Part shown: piece by piece, positions 12,470 to 24,596 of the stretch
How the letters are laid out: the number at the start of each line of letters is the position of its first letter
Numbering within the stretch: the stretch's first letter is position 1
DNA from: Chiloscyllium plagiosum
Lineage: Eukaryota
Direction of reading: 5' to 3'
Assembly: GCF_004010195.1 (NCBI RefSeq)
Contig: NC_057720.1
Span: forward strand, 30,706,815 to 30,741,979
DNA length: 35,165 bases
The notes under the pieces: model-generated
The model's input: only the letters and a program-made list of their open reading frames with translations
What the model was told of the DNA's origin: nothing
The model's database searches: none
Made by a program: the position numbers and the translations under genes

Positions 12470-12625
12470 CTCTAAGTTATACAGTACTCTGAAGGTGGAC
12501 ATCCCTGGTGCCGATGATCTAAACAGACTCTCCAGAATAGTGTTTGCACTGGGCTGATGTTGTTGCTTCGATGAAAGCGAGGGTGACTTTGATGTTTGAT
12601 GACTTGAATCAGTCAGTAATGTTTT
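12470..12625 (-). CDS. USP24: USP24 exon N (KTLLTDSSHQTSKSPSLSSKQQHQPSANTILESLFRSSAPGMSTFRVLYNLE)
   Basis: 156 nt, phase 0-0; tandem acceptor TAGCAG (alternative start 12628); donor GTatga. Confidence 0.92.
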
Positions 12626-13271
12626 CTGCTAAGAATAAAATCAATATTCAGTTTAAATCGATCATTCTTCATATCTTCTGGCATTTAATACGCTGCATAA
12701 TCAATAATTCACCATCAGGGCAAAAAAAAACTTTACAATATCACAAAGAACCTGACTCCAGTATCTGCTGTGTACAAGCCTAGCATCAGTTGCATAGAAG
12801 TTCAAACTAGTTTCCATTCAATATTCTGTTGAATAAACAGCTGGGAGATAGAGCTGACGTAATAAATGATACATCAAGCTAATTTCACACAAGTCAGGTA
12901 AAAGTGGAAGTAACAAGCTGCAAAGATGTGGGACATCTGGACCTACTCTCAGCCTTCAGGTACTTCATCTGTGAAAGATACAGCAAGAGTGGGACTGCAT
13001 TTATAAACATCATATATTTAATTTTCCAGCTTTCAAAAGTAGAGGTTTAATTAGGGACTTCAAAAATGACCAGTGCTCATGATGCCGAAGTCCAAGAAAA
13101 GAGATTTTGAAGATCCTAAACAGTCACTAATACTCATTCCTGTAACTCATTTGTGACTCAAGTAAGCCGCTAAAAAAAATTTGTATAAAACGTTTGAAAT
13201 CTCAGATGAAGCTGGTAAAAAACGTACATTCCATTATGAGAATACATCCTTAAAATCAGATTAACAAAAGA

Positions 13272-16072
13272 ACTGGTGGCCTGAAGTGCATTTACTTTAA
13301 TGCAAGGAGTATAGTGGGTAAGGCAGATGAAGTTAGGGCTTGGATTGGTGCCTGGGGGTATGATGTTATTGCAATCAGAGACTTGGTTGAAGGAGTGGCA
13401 TGACCGGCAACAAAATGTTCCAGGATATAGATGCTTCAGACAGGACAGGGAGGGAAGTAAAAGGCGGGGGAGGAGTTGCATTGCTGGTCAGGGATGATAT
13501 CACGGCTGTGCTAAAGGAGGACACTATGGAGGACTTGGGTAGTGAGGCATCATGGGTGGAGCTGAGAAATAAGAAGGGTGCAGTTACATTGTTGGGGCTG
13601 TATTACAGGTCTCCCAACAGTGAGCGTGAGATAGAAGAACAAATAGGTAAACAGATTATGGAAAGATGTAGAAGCAACAAGGTAGTGATGATGGGAGATT
13701 TTAAGTTTCCCAACATTGACTGGGATACACTTAGTGTCAGAGGTCTGGATGGGGCAGAATTTGTAAGAAGCGTCCAGGAAAGTTTTCTAGAGCTGTATGT
13801 CAATGGTTCAACTAGGGAAGGGGCTATATTGGACCTGATGTTGGGGAATGAGCCAGGCCAGAGGCAGAAGTTGCAGTTGGGGATTTCTTCGGGAACAGTG
13901 ACCACAATTCTGTAAGTTTTAGAATACTTGTAGACAAAGATGAGAGTGGTCCTAAAGGAAGAGTACTGAACTGGGCCAAGGCCAATTATATCAAAATTAG
14001 GCAGGAGCTGGGAAATGTGGATTGGACACGGCTATTTGAAGATAGGTTAAAGATAGTGCAGGATAGGCATGCCCCGTTGAAAGCAAAGGATAGGAAAGGC
14101 AAGATTCATGAACCATGTATGACAGGAGAAATCATATGACTAGCCTAGAGGAAAAGGGAAGCGTACATAAGGACCAGGCAGCTAAGAACAGAATGGGCCC
14201 TGGAGGAATATTGGAAGAGTAGGACCAGACTTAAACAAGGAATCAAGTGGGCTAAGGGTCATAAAATAGCTTTATTAAGAGCAGAATTAAAGAGAATCCA
14301 AAGCCTTTTATTCTTATAAAAGAAGCGAGTAATTAGAGAAAGGATTGGTCCACGAAAGGATAACGAAGGAAGTCTGTGTGTCGAACCTGAGAGAATGGTT
14401 CTGAATGATTACATTGCAACAGTGTTCACTAAGGAGAAGGATATGATGAATGTTGAGATTAGAGCAAACTCTGGAACATGTTGACACAAATAGGAAAGAT
14501 GTGTTGGGTAGGCTAGAGGTTATTAAAGTGGACAAATCCCCAGGACCGGATGGGATCTATCCCAGGTTGCTGAGGGAGGCGAGAGAGGAAATAGCTGGGG
14601 CCTTGACGGATATCGTTGTAGCATCCTTAAATACAGGTGAGGTGCCGGAGGACTGGAGGGTTGCTAATGTTGTCCCCTGTACAAGAAGGGATATTTTGGG
14701 TAACTACAGAGCAGTGAGCCTGACGTCAGTGGTAGGAAAGTTGCTGGAGAAGGTACTGAGGGATAACATCTATTTATGTTTCGAAAAGAGCGGATTTATC
14801 AATAATAGGCAAAATGGTTTTGTGTGGGGGAAGATTGTGCCTTACCAACTTAATAGAGTTCTTTGAGGAAGTGACCAAGTTGATAGATGAAGGATGTAGA
14901 TGTCACACACATGGAATTTAGTAAGGAGTTTGATAAGGTTCCCCATGGTAAACTAATAGAGAAAGTGAAGTCACATGGTGTGCAGGGTATTCTAGCTAGG
15001 TGGATAAAGAACTGGTTGAGCAAAAGGAGACAGAGAGTAGTAGTTGAAGGGAGTTTCTTGAAATGGAGAAAGCTAACCAGTGGTGCTCCACAGGGGTCAG
15101 TGCTGGGGCCACTGTTGTTTGTGATATACATAAATGATCTGGAAGAGGGCACTGTTGGTATGATCAGCATGTCTGCAGATGGCACGAAGATTGGTGGAGT
15201 AGCAGAAAGCATACGGGACTGTCAAAGAATGCAGGTGAATATACATAGACTGGAGAGTTGGACGGAGAAGTGGCAGATGGAGTTCAATCCAGGCAAATGT
15301 GATGTGATGCATTTTGGGAAGTCTAATTCTAGAGCGAATTATACAGTGAACGGAAGAGCTTTGGGGAAAGTTGATGAACAGAGAGATCTGGGCGTTCAAG
15401 TCCATTTTACCCTAATGGCTGCTGCACAGGTGGATAGAGTGGTCAAGAAGGCATATGGTATGCTTGCCTTCATCGGACAGGGTATTGAGTATAAGAGCTG
15501 GCAGGTCAGTTAAAATTGTACACGACGTTAGTTCGGCCGCATTTAGAATACTGTCTGGTCGCCACATTACCAAAAGGATGTGAACGCTTTGGAGAGGGTT
15601 CAGAAATGGTTTACGAGGACGTTGCCTGGTATCGAAGGTGCTAGCTATGAAGAGACGTTGAGTAGGTTAGGATTGTTTTCATTCGGAAAAAGGAGATTGA
15701 GGGGGGACCTGATTGAGGTCTACAAAATCATGAAGGGTATAGAGAGGGTAGATAGAGATAAGCTTTTTCTGAGGGTGAAGGATTCAATAACAAGAGGTCA
15801 TGCTTTCAAGGTGAGAGGTGAAAAATTTAAGGGGGATACATGCGACATGTACTTTATGCAGAGAGTGGTGGGCGTTTGGAACGCGTTGCCAGCAGAGGTG
15901 GTAGAGGCAGGCACAGTAGATTAATTTAAGATGCATCTGGACAGATGCATGAGTAGGTGGGGAGCAGAGGGATACAGATGCTTAGGAATTGGGCGACAGG
16001 TTTAGATAGTAGATTTGGATCGGGTCAGGCTTGGAGGGCCTATTCCTGGGATGTAAATTTTCTTTGTTCTTT
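13272..16072 (+). mobile_element. Near full-length degenerate CR1 ORF2 (APE + RT) with 3'UTR
   Basis: APE (LKCIYFNAR, GGGVALLV, MGDFKFP, ILDLML) and RT (KSPGPDGIYP, GAPQGSVLGPLLF, SADGTK); multiple frameshifts; tail ttctttgttcttt. Confidence 0.93.
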
Positions 16073-16762
16073 ATCAAAACTTCACAGGTAAATGGCAATT
16101 CCTAACATGGCATTTGGATCTATTATGAAATGTGGAAGGCTTTCAGAAAAATATTTAATTTAAGTATCAGAAGCTGCATGATGTTCATGAAAGGATTTAA
16201 TTCCATGCACTCATTATTATGGAAGTTAGGGTTGATTTTAAGCATTACATTACCCATGCAAGATAGAACCATATTAACACGTCTTTCTTGCCGGTAGAAC
16301 TTTATCCTTGTAGAACTAGTAGAACTTTTGAGGAATCACATACTTGGATTTGAACTATTCAGATGATCAATGGCTCTTTCTTGAGCTATAGAGTTACTCT
16401 AGTGTTTATACTAGAGTCAGGCATGTTCTTTATATGCAGGTAAGAACTTCAGTTTCTTGCTCTTTGCTCTATCATGATTAATAAACAGCTTTTATGTGCA
16501 TTGACACACTGACAATATTGTTAATGATTCTGAGAGATTAGGTTGTTTCAAACAGAAAAACTTTTCTGTTTGTGACAATGACCCAGGAACATCAAGATTC
16601 GCCCAGAAACCATTAAGGGACTTAGCTATCCTGTTAAAACTTCTGAGCTTTAGGTAAAATTTGGATGTTCCCTTTTCCTAATACCATAAGACAGGAAAAT
16701 CCTGCTGTGTTTCATTAAAAAATAATTTTAACATTGGGAATATATAAAAGAATACAACTTAC

Positions 16763-16856
16763 TTTTCTGCCTAAAGCATCAAGTGTATCCAGAGCTTCTT
16801 GAATTGCTGGATCAGTAGGAACCAATAACAGCAACTTCCTAACACGCACGGTTATC
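16763..16856 (-). CDS. USP24: USP24 exon M (R-ITVRVRKLLLLVPTDPAIQEALDTLDALGRK)
   Basis: 94 nt, phase 2-0; tttcAG / GTaagt; visible inside ORF 16715..16975. Confidence 0.94.
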
Positions 16857-17429
16857 CTGAAAGATGAACATATAAATAAACATATTTGTTTAACATAAAC
16901 CAAAGTTGGAAGCAGCATTAGTAATAATTTTAGGCTGGCATCCTGGACAAATACACACTTTATACATTGTTGCATATGACAAACTGTTCAAATGATAATG
17001 AAACAAAGGGTCAAAGCAAACGTAAAACAGTTGAAATTTGCATTTTACAAAAGCAGATGTATTTTACATTCTCAAGGAATTGAATTTTGACTTCAACTTA
17101 AAATGGACTAAATTTGTGTTCAAAGAATTACTCATTGGTTGAGCTTCTTTCATGCAGAACCTGTAATGCAGATAATTTGATATATGTCACTGTCAATTAG
17201 CAATTCCAGGACTTGTTTCATTTAAATATCCAACATGAAAATGTGAACTTCGCTCCTTCAATGGAGAACAGTAAGTTATCGCTGGACATTTTGACTCTCA
17301 ACATGTGTAAAATGTTGTCAACACTTAAAATATCATGAACAGTTCTACAGGGCCTGATTGCTGATTTTACTGATGAAACAAGATAATTACATACATAATA
17401 CTACCCCATTTGAAACTATGGAATCTCAC

Positions 17430-17515
17430 CTTGGCTCTTCAAGGTTGGCTAGTTGGTAAAGCATATCAAACACATTACACACCAATGCCATCACAACACC
17501 AGGCAGTGACTTCTC
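17430..17515 (-). CDS. USP24: USP24 exon L (EKSLPGVVMALVCNVFDMLYQLANLEEP-R)
   Basis: 86 nt, phase 0-2; caacAG / GTgaga. Confidence 0.94.
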
Positions 17516-17824
17516 CTGTTGTAAAGGAAAAGAAACTAGTCAGAAAAAAACACTAGCAGAGATATCCAAAAACAAATGTCAAACAGTTTGAATTCCATTT
17601 AAATAAGGAACATTGAATTCAACTGTGCTGAATGAATATTCAGCAGGACAATACAGAACTACATCAATTTAGAAAAATGCAATACAATAAAGTACAAATT
17701 GCAGAGTATTTTTATCGAATGTTCAACACAAGCTCGTTTAGAAAGTCTTGCTTTATGACCAACATCTAACCATTGTAATTTATGCTATAAATGATGAGCC
17801 TCTTCCATTCTATGGCCGACCAGA

Positions 17825-17970
17825 GTTTGTTCTGAGGAAGGGTCACTAGGAGCTAAACCGTTAACGCTGATTTCTCTCCACAGATGCTGCCAGACCAACT
17901 GAGCTTTTCCAGCAATTTCTATTTTTCTTTCTGATTTACGATATCTGTAGTTCTGCCGGTTTTTATTTAG
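17825..17970 (+). mobile_element. Older PLE 3'-end relic with a decayed hammerhead motif
   Basis: ctgaggaagggtcac...taaaccgtta followed by gatgctgccagacc...gagcttttccagca, paralleling 4000-4128. Confidence 0.6.
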
Positions 17971-18188
17971 AATTTGTGTCATTCCATTTTTAAAGAATAT
18001 CAAAAAGCAGCATATTTCTGCAAATCCTTCAATGGAAAGTGAAAATAATTCAATTGATTGAGAACATAGTTTCAGACTGCTTAAGAATATTTGGAAACCT
18101 GAGCCAAAAGCATAACTCTGATCTCAAACAACTTTATCTGAAATTAAATACTTTGATCTGTTTTGTTTTATAACCTTTCATGTCTAAC

Positions 18189-18347
18189 CTGTTCCATAGC
18201 ATAAGCAGAGTTGAAGACACCACTACTGGCAGATGAATCAACTGAACTCCCCGATGCTGTACCCATCACAGGTGTCTTTATAGTTAACACTTGCTCATCT
18301 GAAAATCCCAGTTGGTGAAGCAATTTTTGATCTTTGTTCATAGTCAG
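18189..18347 (-). CDS. USP24: USP24 exon K (LTMNKDQKLLHQLGFSDEQVLTIKTPVMGTASGSSVDSSASSGVFNSAYAMEQ)
   Basis: 159 nt, phase 0-0; atctAG / GTtaga. Confidence 0.92.
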
Positions 18348-18899
18348 CTAGATAAAAGAAAGAACAGACATTATTGCCATTGGCAGAAAATAAGCAACAT
18401 GATGTGCAAATGAAGTTATAAAGTCACTTGACTTGAACTTGATTTCACATCAAAATTGGTAAGAAGAAAGAACCTCGTTGAAAAGTTAGAAACTTCATTT
18501 TTTTTAATAATGGGGGATACAAAATATAAAAACATTGCAGTGGCAAAGCAGTGCTACATTTTGCTTTTTGTCATCCAGGATCACTTGCAACAAATGGCAA
18601 AAGTACCAATTTATAGAATGCTGCTATCTTTTCCCATAACAGTCTAGTAATGAATAAATCAGGGATCTAAAATAGTAACATATACCTTTAGATATTATTG
18701 TCCAGATTTACATAACGGCTTGATTAAGAGATATGTACAAATTTAAATAGGATGCTCTAGGGCCACAATAGCTTCTCATTTCCGGTAATTAGATTCTGAA
18801 GCTCAAAACAAACTGGTTAAAGTGGCAAAGCAAACAGAAGAGCGGTCATAGAAATTACAAAACAATTTATTCAGAGTAGGATTGGATTTTACCCAATTT

Positions 18900-19800
18900 T
18901 AGCAATGTTTACTCATGATCAGAAATCGATCAGTAACCACATGGGTGATGGATGAACAGAACCAGAACTTGCTGAGACTTAGGACATGGACAGCAGAGGT
19001 TGAGATGATTTTCAAGTTTTTGCAAAATAGGATGCAGAAATGCTGGCCATAAATGCAATGGGATAGGCATGGGATATGCATGGCAAGATTTAAACTACAG
19101 ATGAATGAGAGTTTCAGATGAGCTAATATTCATGCTATATTACTGTGGAAATAAACAGCCTTTGTCTGATGACATGAATGCTTGGTTGGAAGCACACCTT
19201 GAGGTGAAATGTGGCAGCAGTGTGGCCAACAACCTTGTTCAACCTCAGACAGTTGACAGAGAAGGAGATGAAATCCATTGGCTGGGGAACTGTGGTGGAG
19301 TAGCAAGTCAACAAGTTCAATCTTTTCAATATTTAGTAGCAACAATTTTCTCCTCATATAGCACCTGATGTCTGATAAGCAGTCCGACAAATCAGAGACA
19401 CTGGTCAAGAGAAGTGTTAGCAAAATTGAAGTTGTTGTCATTATTATATATATGGAAACTAATGTTGCATTTATAAATCTCAGGTTACCAAGATCTGCAG
19501 AAATTTATTTTATTGTTCTTAAGTGTGATGTCATAGATGAGCAGCACGGACGAGAGAAGTGGAATGGGGAGGGAGCAACGATCAGTCCATGGAGTACTGA
19601 GGAAACACTGGTACAGGCACTTAGAACAGAATCCAATGGAGCTATAATTTGATCAGTAAGTACATCTCCACTTGCTGGATGCTGGGGAAGAGGCATTGAC
19701 GAAGGTGAAGTCAACTGTATCAAAAGGTTGCAGACAGGTTTAGCAAAACTGGATGAGCAGGCATCATTGAATATACTCTCACACAGAAAATTGGTGTCCT
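18900..19800 (-). mobile_element. Ancient L2-clade LINE RT relic
   Basis: LSDCLSDIRCYMRRKLLLLNIEKIE, TKAVYFHSNIA and SSVLHGLIVAPSPF resemble the L2 motifs LSDI..WM....LNxxKTE, TAYFHLRNIA and GVPQGSILGPLLF; boundaries approximate. Confidence 0.65.
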
Positions 19801-20109
19801 TCCTAGAAATGGCCACCCACACATGCAAAATAACTTAAGGGCCTTGAACTCAAATGGGTAGGTACAACAAAGACTGTGATTAAGCGATGTAATAAATGAG
19901 GTACTGCCTACATGAGATCAATTATTTTTAGAAAAAGTGGAAGTGAAAATGCACTCTCCCAATGTAGAAGCAATTGAATAAAATTATAGCGTCAACAGAT
20001 CCAAAACCCATTTCCCATTCCAAACCAAAATAAGAAATACAGATTCTGAGTCAGGTAAATTTTCATCTCCGACTTAATTATTTTCCCCCCTTTCTTTTCC
20101 TTTACTTAC

Positions 20110-20208
20110 CAAGCTATCATTAGCAAATATCTGCAAGTTATCCAATGGACAGTTGATATGCGATACTATCTTCCACCTGACACTCCCAATAGTCTCATTG
20201 CTGTGAGC
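20110..20208 (-). CDS. USP24: USP24 exon J (AHSNETIGSVRWKIVSHINCPLDNLQIFANDSL)
   Basis: 99 nt, phase 0-0; ttacAG / GTaagt. Confidence 0.93.
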
Positions 20209-21888
20209 CTGTAAAGTGGGCAGATTGTCAGCATTATAGTTAGGCACCAGTTAAGTAAATATTGCAATGTATATTGGTATACTTGACGAGGATAGCTAAT
20301 GTTCGCTAAACATGACTAAATGTTAGACAGCACTAAGCTTAATCAAGCAAATTTGACAAAGTTTAATTAAAACATTTTCTGAGGAGACTTCCACAAATAG
20401 TGCATACGTTAAAAAACTGAAGTCATATTTAAATGACATGGAAAGACAAAGCCAACATTTTAGAAAACATATTTTGACAAACTAGAAAACAATCAAATTT
20501 TAAAAATCTAAAACATTTTATATACAGAAAGTTTAACCCCTATTATCCTGCAAATCTGACAAATCATTTGATAGCATGAACTTCTCTAGTTTGTCAACGA
20601 ATTAGCATTTCAAACTGTAAAACATCCAATGTTACATTCAAAGTATTGAAAGATTGACCTCAGCATTTCCATTCGTACTTAGGCCAAGTTTAAATATCAA
20701 AATCACTGATTAGGAGCAGAGCTTGTTCAGGCCAACAATTTACTACTTCATTTGTATGAATTACATTATAGAATATTAAACCGCTAAGACAGCATTTGTG
20801 CATCCTTAAGTACAGAGGTGCTCAACTAAATTTAGTTCAGCACAGAAAAAGTGACAATGACAGTTGCAGTATCAAAAATTACTACATTTTTCTATGAATT
20901 ACTGATGACCCTTTGAATTACTGATACTCACTGTATCTCCGTAGCATGGCATTCCTTATATTAGAGATCAGGAGTGAAACATCAAGCAACAATTTGAAAT
21001 AAAAATGCACAAGTCAAGATTTTTATTTTTTTCATCATGAACATGTTTATTTTATTTTCCTCCTTACGTTCAATTTTACTTTTCATAGATTACAATTTGC
21101 TTTGAATTTAATTGCTTTCACCTTTCCCATCTGCAACAATTTGTGTAATGCAACACACTCAGTTGTGAACATTATTGGTACTTCAGGCAAGTCCATGAGG
21201 AGGCTCAATGAAACTTGGTTGAACGTGGGATATTGAGCTGAACAGGGCTTGGAATGCATAGGGAGGTGGTCAAAGGGGTTTGGCTGGCCGAGGGGGCCAG
21301 GGGATGCATGGAGGAAGGAATGAGGTTACTGTCTTCAGGTGAATGTCCATGATGAACTAGTATAAAAAGCAAGTGAGCTTTTAACAAGCCCTACTGACTT
21401 TTGATCATACAAGGGTGGGCTGCTGATTTTGATGTTTCCTATATTCTGTGGGTGACCTCGGAGAAGTGGTGAGCTTGCCACCGGTATTATATGAATATGT
21501 GCCTCCCCTGCACAAAACACACCCACCCTTTTATACGTTCTATTACAAAATCTTTCTGAAAGCTTTGCTTTAAATGGAGAGAAATTAATCTGTAGTATAA
21601 TAACAAAATACAGGTGTATCAATAGAAATATATTTCATAAAAACAGAATGAACAGTCTTTTTCCAGTCAGCATTTGCCTTCTGAAATTTCTACTCTAGTC
21701 TTCACACATTTACTATCCAGTTACTGGGAAAATGGTGAAAAAGTGTTATAAGTTTAAAGGAAAGAAAAACAGAAGCTGAATAAAAATGTTAAGAATCTTT
21801 CCTGGTTTTAGAAGAGGAGGGGAAAACAGAATTGACTAAGCAAATGGCTTTCAAGTTTGAAATAATTCTGCTTGGGTTCACAAAATCA

Positions 21889-22080
21889 GAGGAGAAAGTG
21901 AGGTCTGCAGATGCTGGAGATCAGAGCTGAAAATGTGTTGCTGGAAAAGCGCAGGTCAGGCAGCATCCAGGGAACAGGAGAATCGACGTTTCGGGCATAA
22001 GGGCTTATGCACGAAACGTCGATTCTCCTGTTCCCTGGATGCTGCCTGACCTGCTGCGCTTTTCCAGCAACACATTTTCA
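21889..22080. mobile_element. Non-autonomous fold-back PLE-end element (copy 2)
   Basis: Arms 21927-22001 / 22004-22081 (1 mismatch, one 3-nt gap); TSD gttcacaaaatcagagg at 21876-21892 / 22081-22097; nearly identical to copy 1. Confidence 0.88.
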
Positions 22081-22112
22081 GTTCACAAAATCAGAGGCTG
22101 AACAACACTGAC

Positions 22113-22223
22113 CTCTATACTAAATGTTTCTTTTGTGGATTCGCAGATGACTGAGATAGTTACAGGATGTCCAAGGAAAGAGGCGCCATGAGGCAAGATC
22201 GTCCGAGGAACAGAATACAGATC
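22113..22223 (-). CDS. USP24: USP24 exon I (DLYSVPRTILPHGASFLGHPVTISVICESTKETFSIE)
   Basis: 111 nt, phase 0-0; tttatAG / GTcagt; carries the RTILPHGASF motif of the USP9X/USP24 family. Confidence 0.93.
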
Positions 22224-22719
22224 CTATAAAAAAGATGGTCACAAATTTAAAAGTGAAAATATCTTAACCTCAAAATAAAAATAGTTCAGTGAGAGAGGAC
22301 ACCGAGGTACCAACATGCACAACCTAAGATCAGAAATCTGATATACTCTGCAATTGTCCAAAAGTGCCAAATGCCAGAGACAATGTGCTTTTGTACTAGA
22401 AACAAACAAAATTGCTCAAGTCGATCTCGATAATTTCTTGAAGGGCAACAAATCAAGGTAATGCTGAAAAATATATTAGAAAAGACTTGAAAGTACCAAG
22501 TCCGAATTTGTAACATGTTGTCTTTTCTTCAAAAAGTGAAAAATGTAAGCATAGTACAATATCTCAGCGCCATTAGCTTTTCTGAGTTCTAGTGACTTAA
22601 TGCATTAATTTGTTTTCAATATTAACTTTAAAAAATATTTTAAGGACAGGGAAGGTATGATTGAGGAATTATTTTTTAACCTTCGTAGAGGGTACTTGCT
22701 TCCCTACTCTTCCCGACCT

Positions 22720-23130
22720 ATCATAATGATGCAACGGATTCCAACAACGTACTCCTCTTTTGAGCTCCAGCCTCATTCTCATACTGTCTTGTGACTTTTG
22801 TTTTAAAGTGAAGGCTTTCAAGTCTGCACAATCCCTGCTCAATCTCTGGTGGCCTAACTTTCTTTAGTTTGCCCCTCATTCTTCCATGCCTATCTTGTCA
22901 AAACCATTAGGGATCTCATACACTTCAATCAACTCACCCCTTACTCTTCTAAAATTCCAGTGGAAACAAGTCCTGCATCTAACCTCTCCTCTAAAGACAA
23001 CCTACTCATTGTGTGCATCAATCTAGCAAATCGGCTCTGAATAGACTCAAACCTTTCTTTAAATAATGAGTTCAAAACTGCACTCACTATTCAAGATATG
23101 GCCTCAGCAGTGCCCTTACAACTGCCCTTC
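22720..23130 (-). mobile_element. Old CR1 3' ORF2 fragment
   Basis: ctcatacacttcaatcaactcaccccttactcttctaaaattccagtggaaacaagtcc is the antisense of a GLFPLEFRRVRGELIEVYEI-like CR1 motif. Confidence 0.6.
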
Positions 23131-23512
23131 CAACTCTTACACTTGGACTCTGACATGCTTTGACCTTTTCCCAGTCTCACCTCTCGCTGTGTTCTACCTT
23201 CCCATTTAATCTGCATGGTCTCTAAACCACTTCTATCTGGTCCTTCACCCTTAATTCCACCTTCCCTCTCTAGACTCCACAGCCCCAATGGTTCAATATT
23301 ATCTTCTTAGTAATTCTATTTGAGTTAAAGATTCAACTTTGTCTTCCATCCTACATACAATAATATGGGAAATCAACTGGTGAATGAACATACTGCACTA
23401 ATATTCATCATAACATATGTCTAGCTTACAGTATTAAACATGAATAAGTCAATTAGTGATTTGTCAATTTGGCATCACCATTTACTGAAAAAGTAACCAT
23501 CCATTTGCTCAC

Positions 23513-23579
23513 CTCTATTGTGATCACATATCTTTCTGCAAGCAACAGCAGCCGTTCAATTATGATAAGTTTACTGGAC
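23513..23579 (-). CDS. USP24: USP24 exon H (R-SSKLIIIERLLLLAERYVITIE)
   Basis: 67 nt, phase 2-0; ctgtAG / GTgagc. Confidence 0.92.
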
Positions 23580-23814
23580 CTACAGTTGTTAAATAAACAT
23601 TATTGTACAGTTAACAGAATCTTGACACATTTTTACAAAAACAGAGTTATATTGAGCTTCTTTACAAATTTAATTCTGTAACATAATATTGAAAAAGGCA
23701 TATAACTGATGTCTAAATATACAAGAATAACAGGTAAGAAAAGACCATCTGGTGCACCAAACCTGCTCCTGACAGCTGTGATGCCTAAAGTACCAGTAGA
23801 TACCCAAAAGCCAT

Positions 23815-24140
23815 GTCATATGAACAAACGAAATAGGGTAGAGAAATAAGCCATTTGGCCTCTTGAGCCTGCTCCCCCATTTAACAAGATCATGGTTGAT
23901 CTGCTTGTGTTTCAAATTCCACATTTCCATCCATGCTGAACTTTTGATTCTTTTGCCTAACAAGAAACTACTTTCGTCTCAAGAATATTCAACTACCCCA
24001 CTTCCATCAAAGTTGCATAACCAAACTTTGATTGGTTTGGTTATCTTGGTCTTAAAAGTGCACCCCAAATTTTAAAACAGTGCCCCGGTTGTTCTGGACT
24101 CACTCAAGAGGAAACATCTTTTCCATATCTACCTTGTCAT
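23815..24140 (-). mobile_element. Old CR1 3'UTR / ORF2-end fragment
   Basis: aagccatttggcctcttgagcctgctcccc...aagatcatggttgatctg parallels the 3'UTR at 25530-25600. Confidence 0.6.
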
Positions 24141-24341
24141 GTAACTGGCTTATTAAAGAGCATTATCATGCCTGGAAACATCATAACCCCAAATTTAACC
24201 AAATTTACCAATTACCAACAGATTACCACTAGGTGGGAGTGTAAGTACTTACATGTTTCATTTCACCACTAACATTTAAAATCTGCAGAAAATAGGAGCA
24301 TGTAAAGCACAACGATATCTGTGAATGAATACAGATAATAC

Positions 24342-24457
24342 CTGGATGGAGACTGCACTGATGTAGCTACAGTAGGCATGGCTGTAGCCGTCAGCATTTT
24401 AGTTGCTCTTGTAACAGCATGTGTCAAAGTAGGGCCACCTAGTGCCGAACTAGCAAC
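24342..24457 (-). CDS. USP24: USP24 exon G (VASSALGGPTLTHAVTRATKMLTATAMPTVATSVQSPS-R)
   Basis: 116 nt, phase 0-2; ttgcAG / GTatta; visible inside ORF 24269..24538. Confidence 0.94.
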
Positions 24458-24542
24458 CTGCAAAGATAAGGCATTAGCAAAATACATGAAGCACAATATC
24501 ACCATAATAATAGAATACCAGATATTTAAGTTCACCACTTAC

Positions 24543-24596
24543 TTCTAAACGTTTGTAGCAATCTGCTATGAATTTCTTATGAAGGGAAACAGAGTC
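24543..24596 (-). CDS. USP24: USP24 exon F (DSVSLHKKFIADCYKRLE)
   Basis: 54 nt, phase 0-0; ttttcAG / GTaagt. Confidence 0.92.

Noticed and set aside
21150..21500. Possible old L2 endonuclease fragment
   Set aside because: Only a vague compositional resemblance; no clear motif.
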